Shown piece after piece: positions 51,841-64,000 of a stretch of 64,000 nt of DNA; position 1 is the first letter of the stretch, and each line of letters opens with the position of its first letter. Origin of the DNA: Setoptus koraiensis (lineage: Eukaryota; Animalia; Arthropoda). The notes under the pieces were generated by a model. That model saw nothing but the letters and a program-made list of their open reading frames with translations. It was not told the DNA's origin and ran no database searches. The translations under genes were made by a program, and so were the position numbers. The DNA lies in NCBI GenBank assembly GCA_048013815.1, contig CM106585.1:992001-1056000 (forward strand), given 5' to 3'.

Positions 51841-52755
51841 GATGTTGTCGAGCGCCATATGTATAGTTACGGTTATAATAATATAATATAATGAGAGATA
51901 AGTCAAACACAATACGGTAGACGATGGCCAGGATGACGGAGAGGACAGAGGCGACGACGGCGGCAACGATTATCACAGCTTCTCTTAGACGCCTATGTAT
52001 ATTTGCTGTACACTGTGTATCATGTGTATCTCTTTCTTCTGCTCTCGCCCTCTTCTTGTCTCGCCACCTATATGCTCTTGCTGTTTTTGCTGCCGTTGTT
52101 GTCGTTATCAGTGTTTTTGCGCTCACTGACCAGTTACCTGGACATCTCTATCTAAATGACTTGCGGCTAGTTAGTTAGCGAGAAGCCATTTCATTCTAGT
52201 CTAACCAGATAGGTCTACATACATATATAGAGTGCAGTGCGTTTAGCTGGCTGGCTGGCTGGCTGGCTGGCTCACTCGCTCGCTCGCTGGTCGACTTGCT
52301 GAATGTCTGGCTGGCTGGCTGGCTGGCTAGCTGACTGACCAGATAGACTATGTTTGTGTGTGTGTGTCGTGGAAGCATTATGGCTAGCCAGATGACAGCT
52401 AGATAGTCTGGCTAGATAGCTGTGCGTTGTTGTCGTCGTCATCTTCGTCGTCGTTAAAACAACAACTCGCCTATTAGATCGCCCATGCTCGCTTTACATT
52501 TGACTAGCTAGATTTAACACTAGATTTAGAAACTTGTAATGCTACTTTATCATCATATCGTATCGTTTATGATTATTATTATTATTTTTTCATTTATCAT
52601 TTTTCATTTATCATTAGCCAACCATCACACACTAAACTTAGAGCCACACACACAATCAATCTCGTCTCTATTTTAGTTAGCTGGTATTCTCACCAGTCAC
52701 TACTTCACTTGGCTACCTGGCTAGCCGCTAACTAACAGGACTATGTGTCAGAATG

Positions 52756-52789
<34 letters not shown>

Positions 52790-52798
52790 ATTGAAATA

Positions 52799-52811
52799 AA
52801 GTCAATGACCG
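52799..52811. promoter_or_regulatory. Candidate ecdysone response element (IR1) about 1.6 kb upstream of the CYP18A1 ATG
   Basis: AAGTCA-A-TGACCG, one mismatch per half-site to AGGTCA-N-TGACCT; CYP18A1 is ecdysone-inducible in insects. Confidence 0.3.
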
Positions 52812-54042
52812 CTTGCCGTCTGTGCAAGTCACACTGACAGTTAGACTGTTATTTGTATTTCAACAGGCGCTGCTTCTATGGCCAAACAAATGTCCGTTTG
52901 TCAGTCTGTCCGTCCGTCTGTCCGTCTGTCGGATATACAACACACACACACACCGAGCACGACAGGTAAATGCGCAGCTTGTGTATCATTTACACTGTAG
53001 TAGCGGGCTTAGTTGATGGCATAACGGTTCTAACGGTCCATCAATCTTGGCAGCGTGCGCAAACGCGTATCATCATTTGTATTGCGTTGTAGTTTGACAT
53101 CATCATCATAATCGTCATCGTCATCACCGTCGTCGTCATCGTCGTCATCATCACCGTCATCGTCATAGTAAAAAGTTGTAGTTGGTGATGAAAAACGTGG
53201 ATTGCTACTATCAATAGATACATCTATAACTAGCTAAACTTCCGCAACTGTAACAGGCACAAGCTGACACCACTGCGGTAGTTAGTTGAGCGCGTACGTA
53301 CCTGAGGCTCTTTCTCAGTGTCTCATGTTGGTCTATCTATAGATCATCTCTACAATGACCTGGTTCTTGACCTCTCTCTCTCTCGCTCGCTCGCTGGCTC
53401 CTTCTCTCGTTGTTTGTGTCCATGCCGGCTCACCACGCCAGTCTGTGTGTGATTATCGGGCACAAGCGGCGCACAACGAGCAACTACTAGCGACACATGA
53501 TGACAATTTAATCACAATCACAATAATAATAGTAATAGTAATGATAATATTGGCAATAATTCTAATGTGCCCGCACACAAAATCACTAATGAGTCGACTT
53601 TTGACCTGTCGTCTCGTTTGCACCAGTGATGCGCGCCGTCTTTGTTGTCGGGCCGCCTTATTATTATGATTATTATTGTTGTTTGTTAGTCTGTTGGTCA
53701 GTTGGTCTGTCGGTCGGTCGGTCTATCGGTCTGTTGGTGTGAGAGTTTATTAGTTGCTTGCTGGATGGTGTTGCCGATAAACGATCGCAACGAGGCTGAT
53801 GAACCTGAACTGTTGATGCTGCCTGTCGCCTCGTCTGCCGCCCTGTCACATCTCTCAAAGGAACCGTGAGAGCACGTGCAAAAGATTAGTCGCTGCAAGG
53901 TGCAAGTGGCATGACTTTACAATGCACACCTTTTCTTGATTGATACCATCTATTCTTACAGCAACGGTCTCTATTAGTTTTGCTGTTGTTAGTAGCCCGA
54001 TTGGGTCTTGTAGCCACTAATGGCTCTATTAGTGCCGCCCGT

Positions 54043-54105
54043 GGAACCAGTGGAACCAATGGAACCAATGGAACCAATGGAACCAATGGAACCAACAGAA
54101 CCAGT
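54043..54105. repeat. 9-bp minisatellite (GGAACCAAT)x about 7
   Basis: Direct reading. Confidence 0.9.
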
Positions 54106-55289
54106 GAAAAGCTGACGTTAGCAGGCACTAAAAATCATCGTCGAATTCACCATGTAGTTCACATCATGAACTCGCCATTATATTCACAACTATTGTTTAA
54201 TATAAACAATCGCAGTTGTTGCTTACAAACGCCGCCAACAACAACATCAGATGAATCGCGCCTACTAATCAAACCGATGAACTGATGAATACACACTGAC
54301 CACTACGATCGAGTCATCACTAATAACTGTACAAGCACCAACCCAAAAGTATCGCCACCAACAACATCGGCCAATTCAAAAAGCACCTCATGTTGGGCCA
54401 TGACTGACCGCGCACGTTGACCCCAAGCAACGGTCACTCGTGGTCGCGCTTAAGAGCCACCACTACCTCAACTGTATATCATCATCATGGCTACGCACAC
54501 ACACACACACACACGCACATCAGCATAGCGGCCGGTAAGAGATAATGACACAATTATAGAAACTATAAATATATATATTCGCGAGTCGCCACTACAAAAA
54601 TAAGCGATATTAGCAGCGATGGCATCAGATCAAGTATCAACGTATCACAAGGGAACAGATCGTACAGATGATGGTGGCCAGACGATCATCTATGCGATAG
54701 ATGCTTATCTGGCCAAAGCTACCTGGAACTTATTGGCTAAACGCTGACTGGCCAATGAATAGACCAATGAACGATAGTGGACAATGGTCAGCTTCAATGA
54801 GCGCGATGACTGTCGGCCGAGTGTGTGTATTTGAAAAGGAAATCTGTTCTGCCTTGTTCCGTTTCGTTTGAAACTGTTCGGATCGATTCGGTTCGGATCG
54901 GATCGGATGGAATCAAACCAGATCAGACCATCGAGCGGCCGATCGGATCAGATTAAATCAAATGAGATTAAATCAAATCAGATCGAATCTCCGAGACAGT
55001 GCATGAACGGTCGCAGTGGGGCTGCTGCTGCCAGACAGAAAATTGGAAAAATCGGAAAAATTGGAACAATAATTAGCATGTGTCTTAGCCTGTTGGTGTT
55101 GTCGTGGTGGTGCTCGTCGTTGTCTCAATTAGCAACACATGTTGTTGTGTTTGTGTGTCCCGTCCATACACTTGCTTGTGGCACCGCACAAATGCCTATC
55201 GATAACTAACTATCACATGAGCAACGGGAGAACCGCATCATCATCATCAGTTCAGGATGCGCCAGCTAGTGTGAGTGTTTCGTTTGCCG

Positions 55290-55302
55290 GGTTCAATGAC
55301 TT
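55290..55302. promoter_or_regulatory. Candidate ecdysone response element (IR1) between CYP18A1 and the ZP gene
   Basis: GGTTCA-A-TGACTT, one mismatch to RGKTCA-N-TGAMCY. Confidence 0.3.
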
Positions 55303-56548
55303 CTCTCTCACTAATTACTACGATCGAGTGACTGACTAACAAGGAATACATCACCTAATGCCTGTCTGTATGGCAGCTTTCTTAGTGTGTGTGTGTGTGT
55401 GTGCAAAGCAACAGTCTCGGCTAGACACGGCGAGACTCAACAATTAATATATATTTATACACACATCCTAAATGAGTAAAAGAGAGAGCCGATGTGGCTC
55501 TATCTATCCGTCTCTTATAAACACTACCAACAGGTTGTAGTCGTGCTGCCGATCAGCATCACCTCCATCCACCTAGAGCGCACAGCTTGCACACAGAGCT
55601 CATATTTTCCTCAGATATGGACACTCTGCAAACAAGCTGCCTAAAATGGTCTATGGACTTATGTAATCTGGCAGTATATGTATGGCTGCTGTTTGTGTTG
55701 GTATACAAACTAAAACAATTGACCATTACAAGCTTGCAGTAGCACGAGAAGGGTTTAGAATTGCCAGTGGCGCCATCTCCATTGGTGTATGACCACTAAT
55801 TTCTAAATTTCACATTGTTTAGCTATATCAGGTGTCAGCACCATCAACTTGTGTCTAGTTACAATCACATCTCAAGCTAAAAGTATTTCCCTTTTATTGA
55901 TGGAATCATTGTTCACAATTACCTAATTAGTGATGATGTCTTTTTGTGAGCTTTATTTGTTGGGATCTGGCATGAGATGAGTTTCGGAGTAGCCGTAACT
56001 TTACAATGATGATGTAAAATGTTTTGTTTTTATTGCAGATTGTGTGAATACTATCAATATTAATTGTACTTCTCGCTCCTTTGAAGTTGTAACCCTCGGC
56101 TGCGATTCTTCAATTTACACCGTCTATTGTCGATTTCACCCCACCCCCCCGGAACTAAATAAATATCCATCCTTACTTATAGTAGCACTTGTGAGATAAT
56201 CATAAGATTGCATCAGATAAAAATTATAAATTATTTTTTCAATAAATTAAGTCAATAAATTAAGTGTTGCTGTTCGTTTCATTCAATGCCATTCTGAATT
56301 GAATATAGTGCATTAACAATTGCTTGCTGACGGTGTTATAAACTATTCTAAAGCTTGTGTTGGTTGAAATGTGTTGCTCTAAGTTTGGTTGGCCCCCTTC
56401 AACGAAGAACTGCCTCTCGCATAAGAAGCAATTAGATCACGCACCAACTATTATACGATTTTCCTAATCAGTGTTTCGGGAGACCTTGAACCTAGCCCAA
56501 ATAAAAATCCTCCCTATAGATAGATTTTCACCTTTAGTCCTCACTCTT

Positions 56549-58524
56549 TTAATTGTAAATTATTTCATTTCCATTGAAAATTGCTTGCTGTTGCTGATCC
56601 ATACACAAACTTGGGTTGGGTGACCTATTATTATTCATCGACGAATAACACTGGTCAATGTGTTGTCCCATTACTGACAGAGTTTTCGGTCCACTTGTTG
56701 AACGTGGCGACTGTTGTACATGTCTCGCCAATTGTCGCTTGTGGTTGGAATTGTTCGCTAGATTCATGTTTGCCACCAAATGATGATCATCATGAGCTGC
56801 TTGATGGGATGGTTGGTGATTATGGAGACCGCTTCTACCATTTAATGACGATGCTGAATAAGGTCTGATTTGGCGTCTATAAACGCATACCCAACCAGCA
56901 ATCAACAAAGATTGTCCAACAAGAAATAGACAGAATAATATGGCCACACCACTAATCTGCATGCAACTTTCAGTCTTAAATGAATCGAATTCATAGGCCG
57001 TCGATTTCATCGAAAGAGCCTTACTTTCTTTCTTGCCATCCCCATTAAGAAAGTTGAATTTATCAGTTATCTCTATGGAATTTCTAACAACAACCTCCTC
57101 AGGTGTAGACGATTTAGCTGCAGCAGCAGTCAAGTTACTTCCATTTGTCGTAAGTGATTTACTTTGAGAATTTGCGCTACGCTTCCTACGTTTCTTTCTT
57201 CCGTATGATTCGGTATCATAAATTGTTCCATCATAAATTTTGTTCTGACAATGAACCGGCTCACAATTTGGTACACACGGTGTGACGAGCGCCCTGAATG
57301 CGACTGTTTCCGATGTTGGAAATTTGAATGCATCGAATTGTGCCTCCAAAATTTGTCCGTTACCTTTAACATTTTGCATTGAATTCATTATTGAAGGATC
57401 AGTGGGACAACCTTCGCCGTCGATTAACATTATTTCTGTACCTCCTACACCATCCATTGCATAAAGATCACGCACAAATATTTCAAAGGGAGATTTATCA
57501 TCGGTTATTTGGAATCTCAAAACTAACGCATCACCCACGGAGGCAGACTTGATTTGGCCTCCATCAGCACTCATTATGTGCATTGTAATATTCGGTGATT
57601 TCACAGTCGCTTGCTGGCTAGTGACTTGACCATTATCTCGTATCCAATCATCAGCATCCATAACCATATTGTTGAAAACAGTTTGATTACGTAGATCATA
57701 ATGGCATCTAACATTGAGTCCGAGATCCTGATTTGTCACAATCATGTCATTGTGTTGTAGAACAATATCATTGCTAAATTTTCCTTGGGGATATTTCTGG
57801 ATTGCGCAAGCGTCATTGAAGGCCATCGTAAATTCAAAATCCATCGAATTTGTAATATCATTCATGCAGGAAATTGGTGCATTTTTCGCATATATTTTTC
57901 CATTGAATATTTTGTTTGTCTTAACTTTAGCTACCATTTCGCGCGATTTGCAAAATATAGTGATGTTGTAACACGATTCCAGCTCATAGCTGACAGCTCC
58001 TGCTATCTCTAAATATGGATCTTGTATTTGCTGCAATGAGTTTCTATCTAAATGAGATGTCCTACAGACTGGATTCGAGGCATCTCCCAGATCGTAAGAA
58101 TGGCATCTATATGGGGCCTGAAGGCATTTTTGGCGACAATCCTCCGGTGATTTGATGTCTTGGTAAATAGAATCGACTGTCTTAAGGATGCGATTGTTCA
58201 ATTGTTTGAAATCGCAAAGAGTCTTGGGCTCTTGAATGCAATTGTTTTCTCCATAATCAACAGTGTCAATAGTGGATTCTACATAATGGCGCTTCCTAAT
58301 TTGAGTTCCTGGTAGAGAGTGTCTATCCATATCCGACAATGAGCATGCACCTGAGGCTGAGTCATAATTAAATGATCTACATTGGAATGATTGCTCATTA
58401 TAGCAGGCTTGTAGACACTCCAGTCTTGTCTTTGTTTGTAGAGCCTTCTTCTCCAGATTGTTTAATACCCATCCGATGACACGCTCAAAGGACCAACTCT
58501 TATGACATTTGTTAGTGCGATCGC
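56549..58524 (-). CDS. PAN/Apple + zona pellucida (ZP) domain transmembrane cuticle/apical-matrix protein (NompA/Trynity-like), terminal exon; 5' exons not located
   Basis: Acceptor ttgtcaattcacctcag|GC at 58524 (phase 1); two PAN modules (CLQACYNEQSFQCRSFNY; CRQKCLQAPYRCHSY); ZP domain (CYNITIFC...GKIYAK...LIDGEGCPTD...FDAFKFP...CVPNCEPVHC); furin site RKKRRKR; TM helix; cytoplasmic tail. Confidence 0.9.
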
Positions 58525-61500
58525 CTGAGGTGAATTGACAACAAGAGAAATAGTTAAAAAACAAATGTTTGATTAGTGAGTTATTAATATGTCATTATCG
58601 AAATAATAAATTTGTTGTTAAAAATATCTATGGTAACATTGTTGTAGATGCACCATTATAGATACAATTTGAATGTATATCTTAGTATTACACAACGAGA
58701 GAAACACAGCGAATATAGCATATCTTGGCGCCAAAACTTCCACGAAAAATGGGTGCGCATGGTGAGAACTTTACATTAACACAGATGGCACCGAGTGGCC
58801 GCCTGAACAGATTGCCCAATCTTAATCAATCACACTGAACGGAAGTCATTGATAGATTTTCGATCTTATTCTCTTCGTCACATTGGTTTCACAACACAGC
58901 TTTCAAGATGGCGCACAGTGTTGATTTTAGGTTGTGAGTCTATTATCTATTAGTGGTAGCCGCATGTAATGATAGCACAACGTGCACATGGAAATACAGT
59001 GCCATCGCTGTAAGTGCCCGGGTCTCTCTCACCAACATGCTATTATAGGCACTCTTTGGTCACCAGACTGTTACCGTGCTGTTACTTTTGCATTGTTTAC
59101 AGAAGCAACGAATCGACTCGCAATAATTGCCTCATTATCACTCGTCCTCATTATTGCTTATTTGAATAAAATCATCACATTTGTTGCTGTTGACAGCATT
59201 AAGGAGCTGCCATAGGAGGAATTGTTTTAGAAAAATTAAGAAATGATGGAAAAGATTATCTCATGAGGGAATTATCGGCGCCGCACTAGTGATCAACTAA
59301 CCCAAAGAGAACTATTAAGCAACGCATTCCAATCATAGAAGGGAAACGAATAATCCAGAGAACGCTTTAGTTGCCTCACAGTGTTCGAAGACTTCTTCCT
59401 TTAAAAAGTTCTTTCTAAAGTCAACATGGCGATGTATGACATCGGTTATTATTATTATTATCGTTCTGCATTCTTTTGTTTTGAGCCAACCGTTGAGAGT
59501 GTGTGTGAACAAGTATTTTGAGCATAGCCTCAACAAAATAACTTGTTGTCATAGTGGTAATTTCCCAAAAAATGTAATGAAACAATTCAACATTCAGCGT
59601 CGCATTCACAAAGCCAGTGACAACAGCATCAAATCATAACGTTAGAAAAAACAAGAAGGCGGACAAAGTTATTATTATTATTTCATCATATTCCTTGTGA
59701 TGAAAAACAGTTAACACACACAACAAACACTTAGCTCAGATTTGGTTGAAGAACAAAACCTGTTGTGTACTCTTGATTATCAATTCAATTGTTCTGAGCT
59801 ATCAGCACATCAAACATGGTCGCGTAATGATTATTATTTCAGCGAATAGCGGCAGCAGCAGCATCCATCCGAAGTACTACAGGGATTCACGGTTATTCAG
59901 AAATCCTCCTGTATGTTCCATCACATACACCCTAACTCGAATAAACTGACCAGCTTAAATGAACCAGATAATTGGAATCACCAAATGGTCAAATACACAC
60001 ATACATACATTTAACATTATTATCTGTCGTCAGAATTGTTCTCTTGCTAAACGTCATACAGTTGTAGAAGTTATACATCCTGTAATGGTGTTGATGATAT
60101 CTCTCACATGGTACAATGGCCTATTGGTAGAATCAGAATAGTATCCTAGCTTGACAAGGTCATACGATTGCTGTTGCGAGTCGTACTGCACTTGTCAAAC
60201 TTTCAACTCCGGCCAGAAACGTTCAAGATATGATAGTTGTTTAGTTAACACCATGCATCATGGAAACACAATGAAATTGTATAGGAAGTTTGTATTACTT
60301 GGATATGTCTGCCACCAGGAACAGTCCAACGAAATGCACTGACTGGATTTACTTAGGGTTTTTTAAGTTTAGATAAAACTGCAACAAAAACACCTGTTCA
60401 ATATTGTGGAACGGATTGCATGCGTGTGTACATATAATAATCGACACGAAACATGTGTGTTAGTAGTGCCTATCGTTGTTGTTTGACACGACCATAAAAA
60501 TATTCAGGATATAACACATATGTGGCAAATGTCCATCATACATCAGCATACTTCGATGAACATCGATATTGGTCATATGACAGTGAGTGAATGATCACTA
60601 AATATTGAATTAAGCAAACTATTAAATCGCGTCGCAAAATTCATGACAAGATTTAATAAAATGAACGGGGAAGGTTAGAGAATATTCCAAGTTCGCAAGA
60701 ACATAACGGAACAAACAGTTCACCGCAGACAGTAAAGCACCGCCGTTAAACCTAGAGTTAACGTTAGACTTCCGCCAGAACTTACGATAATGTCTGTGCT
60801 ACTAGGGCGATGTCCAGCGTGTCTCTAATTGATCACGACTTTCATGATGTAAACAGACCAGCTTGTAAGCAATCGCTTCACTTTTAAATTGTTGGTGCAG
60901 ATAATAGCAACAGATGAATCAAGGCAAGCATCCATTATTTAAGCCACCTCAATGAAAGTAACCGCTGCTACTTTGCATAAAGTCTATGTTTATGGCACAA
61001 ATAGAGTCGAAGATAACAATGAGCAACAAGTGGTCGACTACAATTCATTCTACATGTCGATTAAGTGCATAGAAGTAAGGGCAAGCATACTTAAGCTGCC
61101 TATTCTAGATGGAAGTCTCGTTTCGTCAATTTCAGTATGCGAATATCGTGATGCTTGTTAACTGATGCCTGACCAGTAGATCACCTTTACAGGGTAAAGT
61201 TATACGTTGTACTTGATGTTGAGGATTGATGCCAGTCGACTTGAAAAGAAAACATAGTCCTTAACAACTACAAACATTGCAGACGTCGCTTCACATAACA
61301 TGATGCCTCATTCATAACCTCCTCATAATCGTGTCATCTTTGATAAGTGTCTCTCCTATCGAAGCTCGAGCAACAGTTACCATTACACGCCAGCAATCTA
61401 TAGAGAAATCAGCATAACAACTACAAGTTGGTCTCGACAATCTAATATAATGGCGAGCCAACAGCATTTGCATATATTGACGCCAGACTACTACAAACTA

Positions 61501-64000
61501 GAAGCGTGTTGTAGTTGTTGTTGTCATCATTAACAATCCTGGCAAAGCAGTGCAATATCTAGTAGATGCTAAAGGATACTCAAGAGAAGCGGTGGTCGTG
61601 TGTAATCTCGCAATAGCAAACAATGTAACAGAATCAACTCATACAATATTACAATAGTAATTCAATAGCTTCAAAGAATCTTCTTGGAATATAAGGGGGT
61701 GAAAGATAATAATGAGCTTGTATCGTTACCGTCAATATCGATACAACTATCAAGACAGCATAGCACGACTCTAAACAAGCCAGTCAGGCAACTGGTTTAT
61801 ATGGACAAGCTTCTTCCACATAATTATGCACACAATTTGGCGAGAGTACATGTAAACAACAAATGCTAACGTTTGTTACATGATGGGTCACGCTCTGTCA
61901 ATCAATTCTTATTACTCATCAGTTATTATTATTGGCCAATGATGATTAAATGATTCGCTTACATTACGAAACACAAGAAGATGTAGCTATGATTTTGGAC
62001 AACAGAAATCTCTTGTCATGTTATTTTGTTTGCCTAGTGTGCCTGAACATGGTCATGCAGCGCAATTACTAGTATCCACTCTATCCATTCTCTTTTGCAG
62101 AACAACAAATTAACAAGTTTCCCGTCAGACAAAATCTGTTAACCGGAAACCAATAAACCGTGCCCATACTATCAGCCTGCAGTATTGGTTTTCCAGAAAA
62201 ACAAATGATGCATCATGAACAGATATTCGCAAAAACATATTCATTGACTATATGAATATTAATACAAACTGTGTCGATTTTAGCACCAAGGTGGCCTTCA
62301 TTAGGAATACTTATTAGGCTAATGGTTCGGTAATATTGATGCACAGAGCGACTACTTTGCATTGTTGGAGATTTGTTCTAGTCTTCATCGTCGGCTTGGC
62401 TGAGAGTTCGGAATCGATTATTGGGATAAAAAAAGTGCCGTAACGATCCGAAATTTCGATAGAACATTGTTGCATCGACATAGTGGTCGTCGAAATAAAT
62501 GAATTGAAAAGCAAACCTATGGCAGTTCAAGAACGATGTCAGTTTAGTTATGGTCATCGCAAATATTGATGATCTGTTTGCATAATCTAAACAAAGTTCC
62601 AGATGATTATTTAAACTTATAGAATGGGCTTCCAAATTGATTGCAGCCCATTACAAGCTGACACTGTCGATCGCTTGAACAAAGAATCCCAAGCAGTAGT
62701 TTACCAAATGGTAAGATGAAGTTTCATACATGCTTGTCGATCCGCCGAGCAATCCGATAGTAAAGAAAGCTTTTAATGGCGAAGGAGCTTTGCAAATATC
62801 AAAATAAAATATTACATACATGTACATTGATGTTGACATAAAAATGTCGGTCAAACAACGAAGACATGACTTAGCAAGATCATCCTATTGGTTGTAAATA
62901 CATTCAATGTAGCGGTATTAATCAGATTGTGTGATACACCCCCGATAGCGAGATGTCATCAATGTGGCATCGACAACCGACAGGGCGTGGGGGTAGGAAA
63001 GAGGCTAGACGTTTCTCAGGCCCTGGTTGTTTGTGATGACATGAAAAATTTCACCTGCTACGCTGTTTGTGAGAAATAAGACAAAGGCGAGAAGTTTGCC
63101 AGGCATGTTAATAGCATCCGTTAGTATGAGGAATCCTGCGACTCAGCATTTATTACTGTACATTCATCTGCCAAACAACAGTTTATATTTGCAGTTATAA
63201 ACGCTCGGAATGTTTTGGAATACACACTACAGTCATTCAACTAAACTCAATGTGTTGGTAATCACGTTAAAATAAGCGAACTAATCTCTTTTTTTTCATT
63301 GTTTTTCTCTCTATTCATCTCTCCCTATCTCCCCTCTGGTGAAGAATTGGAGATGCACTTGCCAGTCTGCTACTATAATATAGTGGTATAACCTGGCTAC
63401 ATGCTACAAACTACAGGTACATACAACAAAAGGAGTGGAATTTTTCTTTCACTGAAGGCGACCATGTGGCTGTCTTCTAAACAGTAGCAATTAAAAGTTT
63501 GATATGTGTTGTTGCGCAAGAGAGAATGCAATAGAGGAACAACAACAACAGTAGTGGCAGCAACAACAAAAGCCATCACATCAACTTAATTGTGATTGTA
63601 TTTGTTACAACAACAGCACATAACATTGTTACTTATCGACTTATTCTTCTCTACAAGATGTTATCTCATAGGGATGGATGAGAGTGCTCTAACGGACAGT
63701 GAGTTGAATATAAAATGAGAGCGAAATTATATTCCACTGGTCACTCAATGGAAAAGAAAAATGCAGAAAACTTGATGAGATACAGAATAAATGGATTGGT
63801 CAGAATCGATGGCATAAAGATGAAGGAATGAATCATCATCATCATCACTCTCCACTAGTCAGAACAGAGAGAAGAATGAACAATCAGATTTATCATCGGC
63901 CGCGTTGACCATCAACAAGTATGCATTATTGTTATTACATGTGATGGCACGATATTCACACACAACGTTACATTGAATCTGTTTGTTAATGGGGTCAACC

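Noticed and set aside
51583-52178. ORFs in the trinucleotide tract upstream of CYP18A1
   Set aside because: Products of simple repeats.
56039-56200. + strand acceptor followed by DCVNTININCTSRSFEV, resembling a ZP-N start
   Set aside because: Short, ends in a stop without further ZP cysteine pattern, and is on the opposite strand to the real ZP gene; probably chance.
56358-56408. miR-133-like arrangement (TGGTTGAAAT ... TTGGCCCCCTTCAAC)
   Set aside because: The seed is mismatched (TTGGCCC instead of TTGGTCC) and the inner stem pairs poorly.

Overview
Eukaryotic (arthropod, plausibly mite; inference) genomic DNA, rich in microsatellites and sparse in genes. I recognise no prokaryotic features, CRISPR array, rRNA, tRNA or intact transposon. 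Four genes are well supported: an intronless NRF-6/OACYL-type acyltransferase (9158-11782, -), an intronless mitochondrial GTPase Era/ERAL1 (46972-48348, +), a two-exon ecdysteroid-inactivating P450 CYP18A1 (50490-51191 + 48331-49578, -), and the large 3' exon of a PAN/Apple + ZP-domain membrane protein of the NompA/Trynity type (56549-58524, -; 5' exons not found). There is also a 429-aa orphan ORF with a signal-peptide-like start (4666-5955, -). The most notable observation is that the ERAL1 and CYP18A1 coding sequences overlap tail-to-tail by 18 bp. About 32 kb (11.8-44 kb) has no recognisable gene. It carries many bZIP-type palindromes (TTRCGYAA), several perfect inverted repeats including two pre-miRNA-like hairpins, many unrelated minisatellites with 10-11 bp units, and scattered exon-like segments. 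All counts were made by eye and are minimums.
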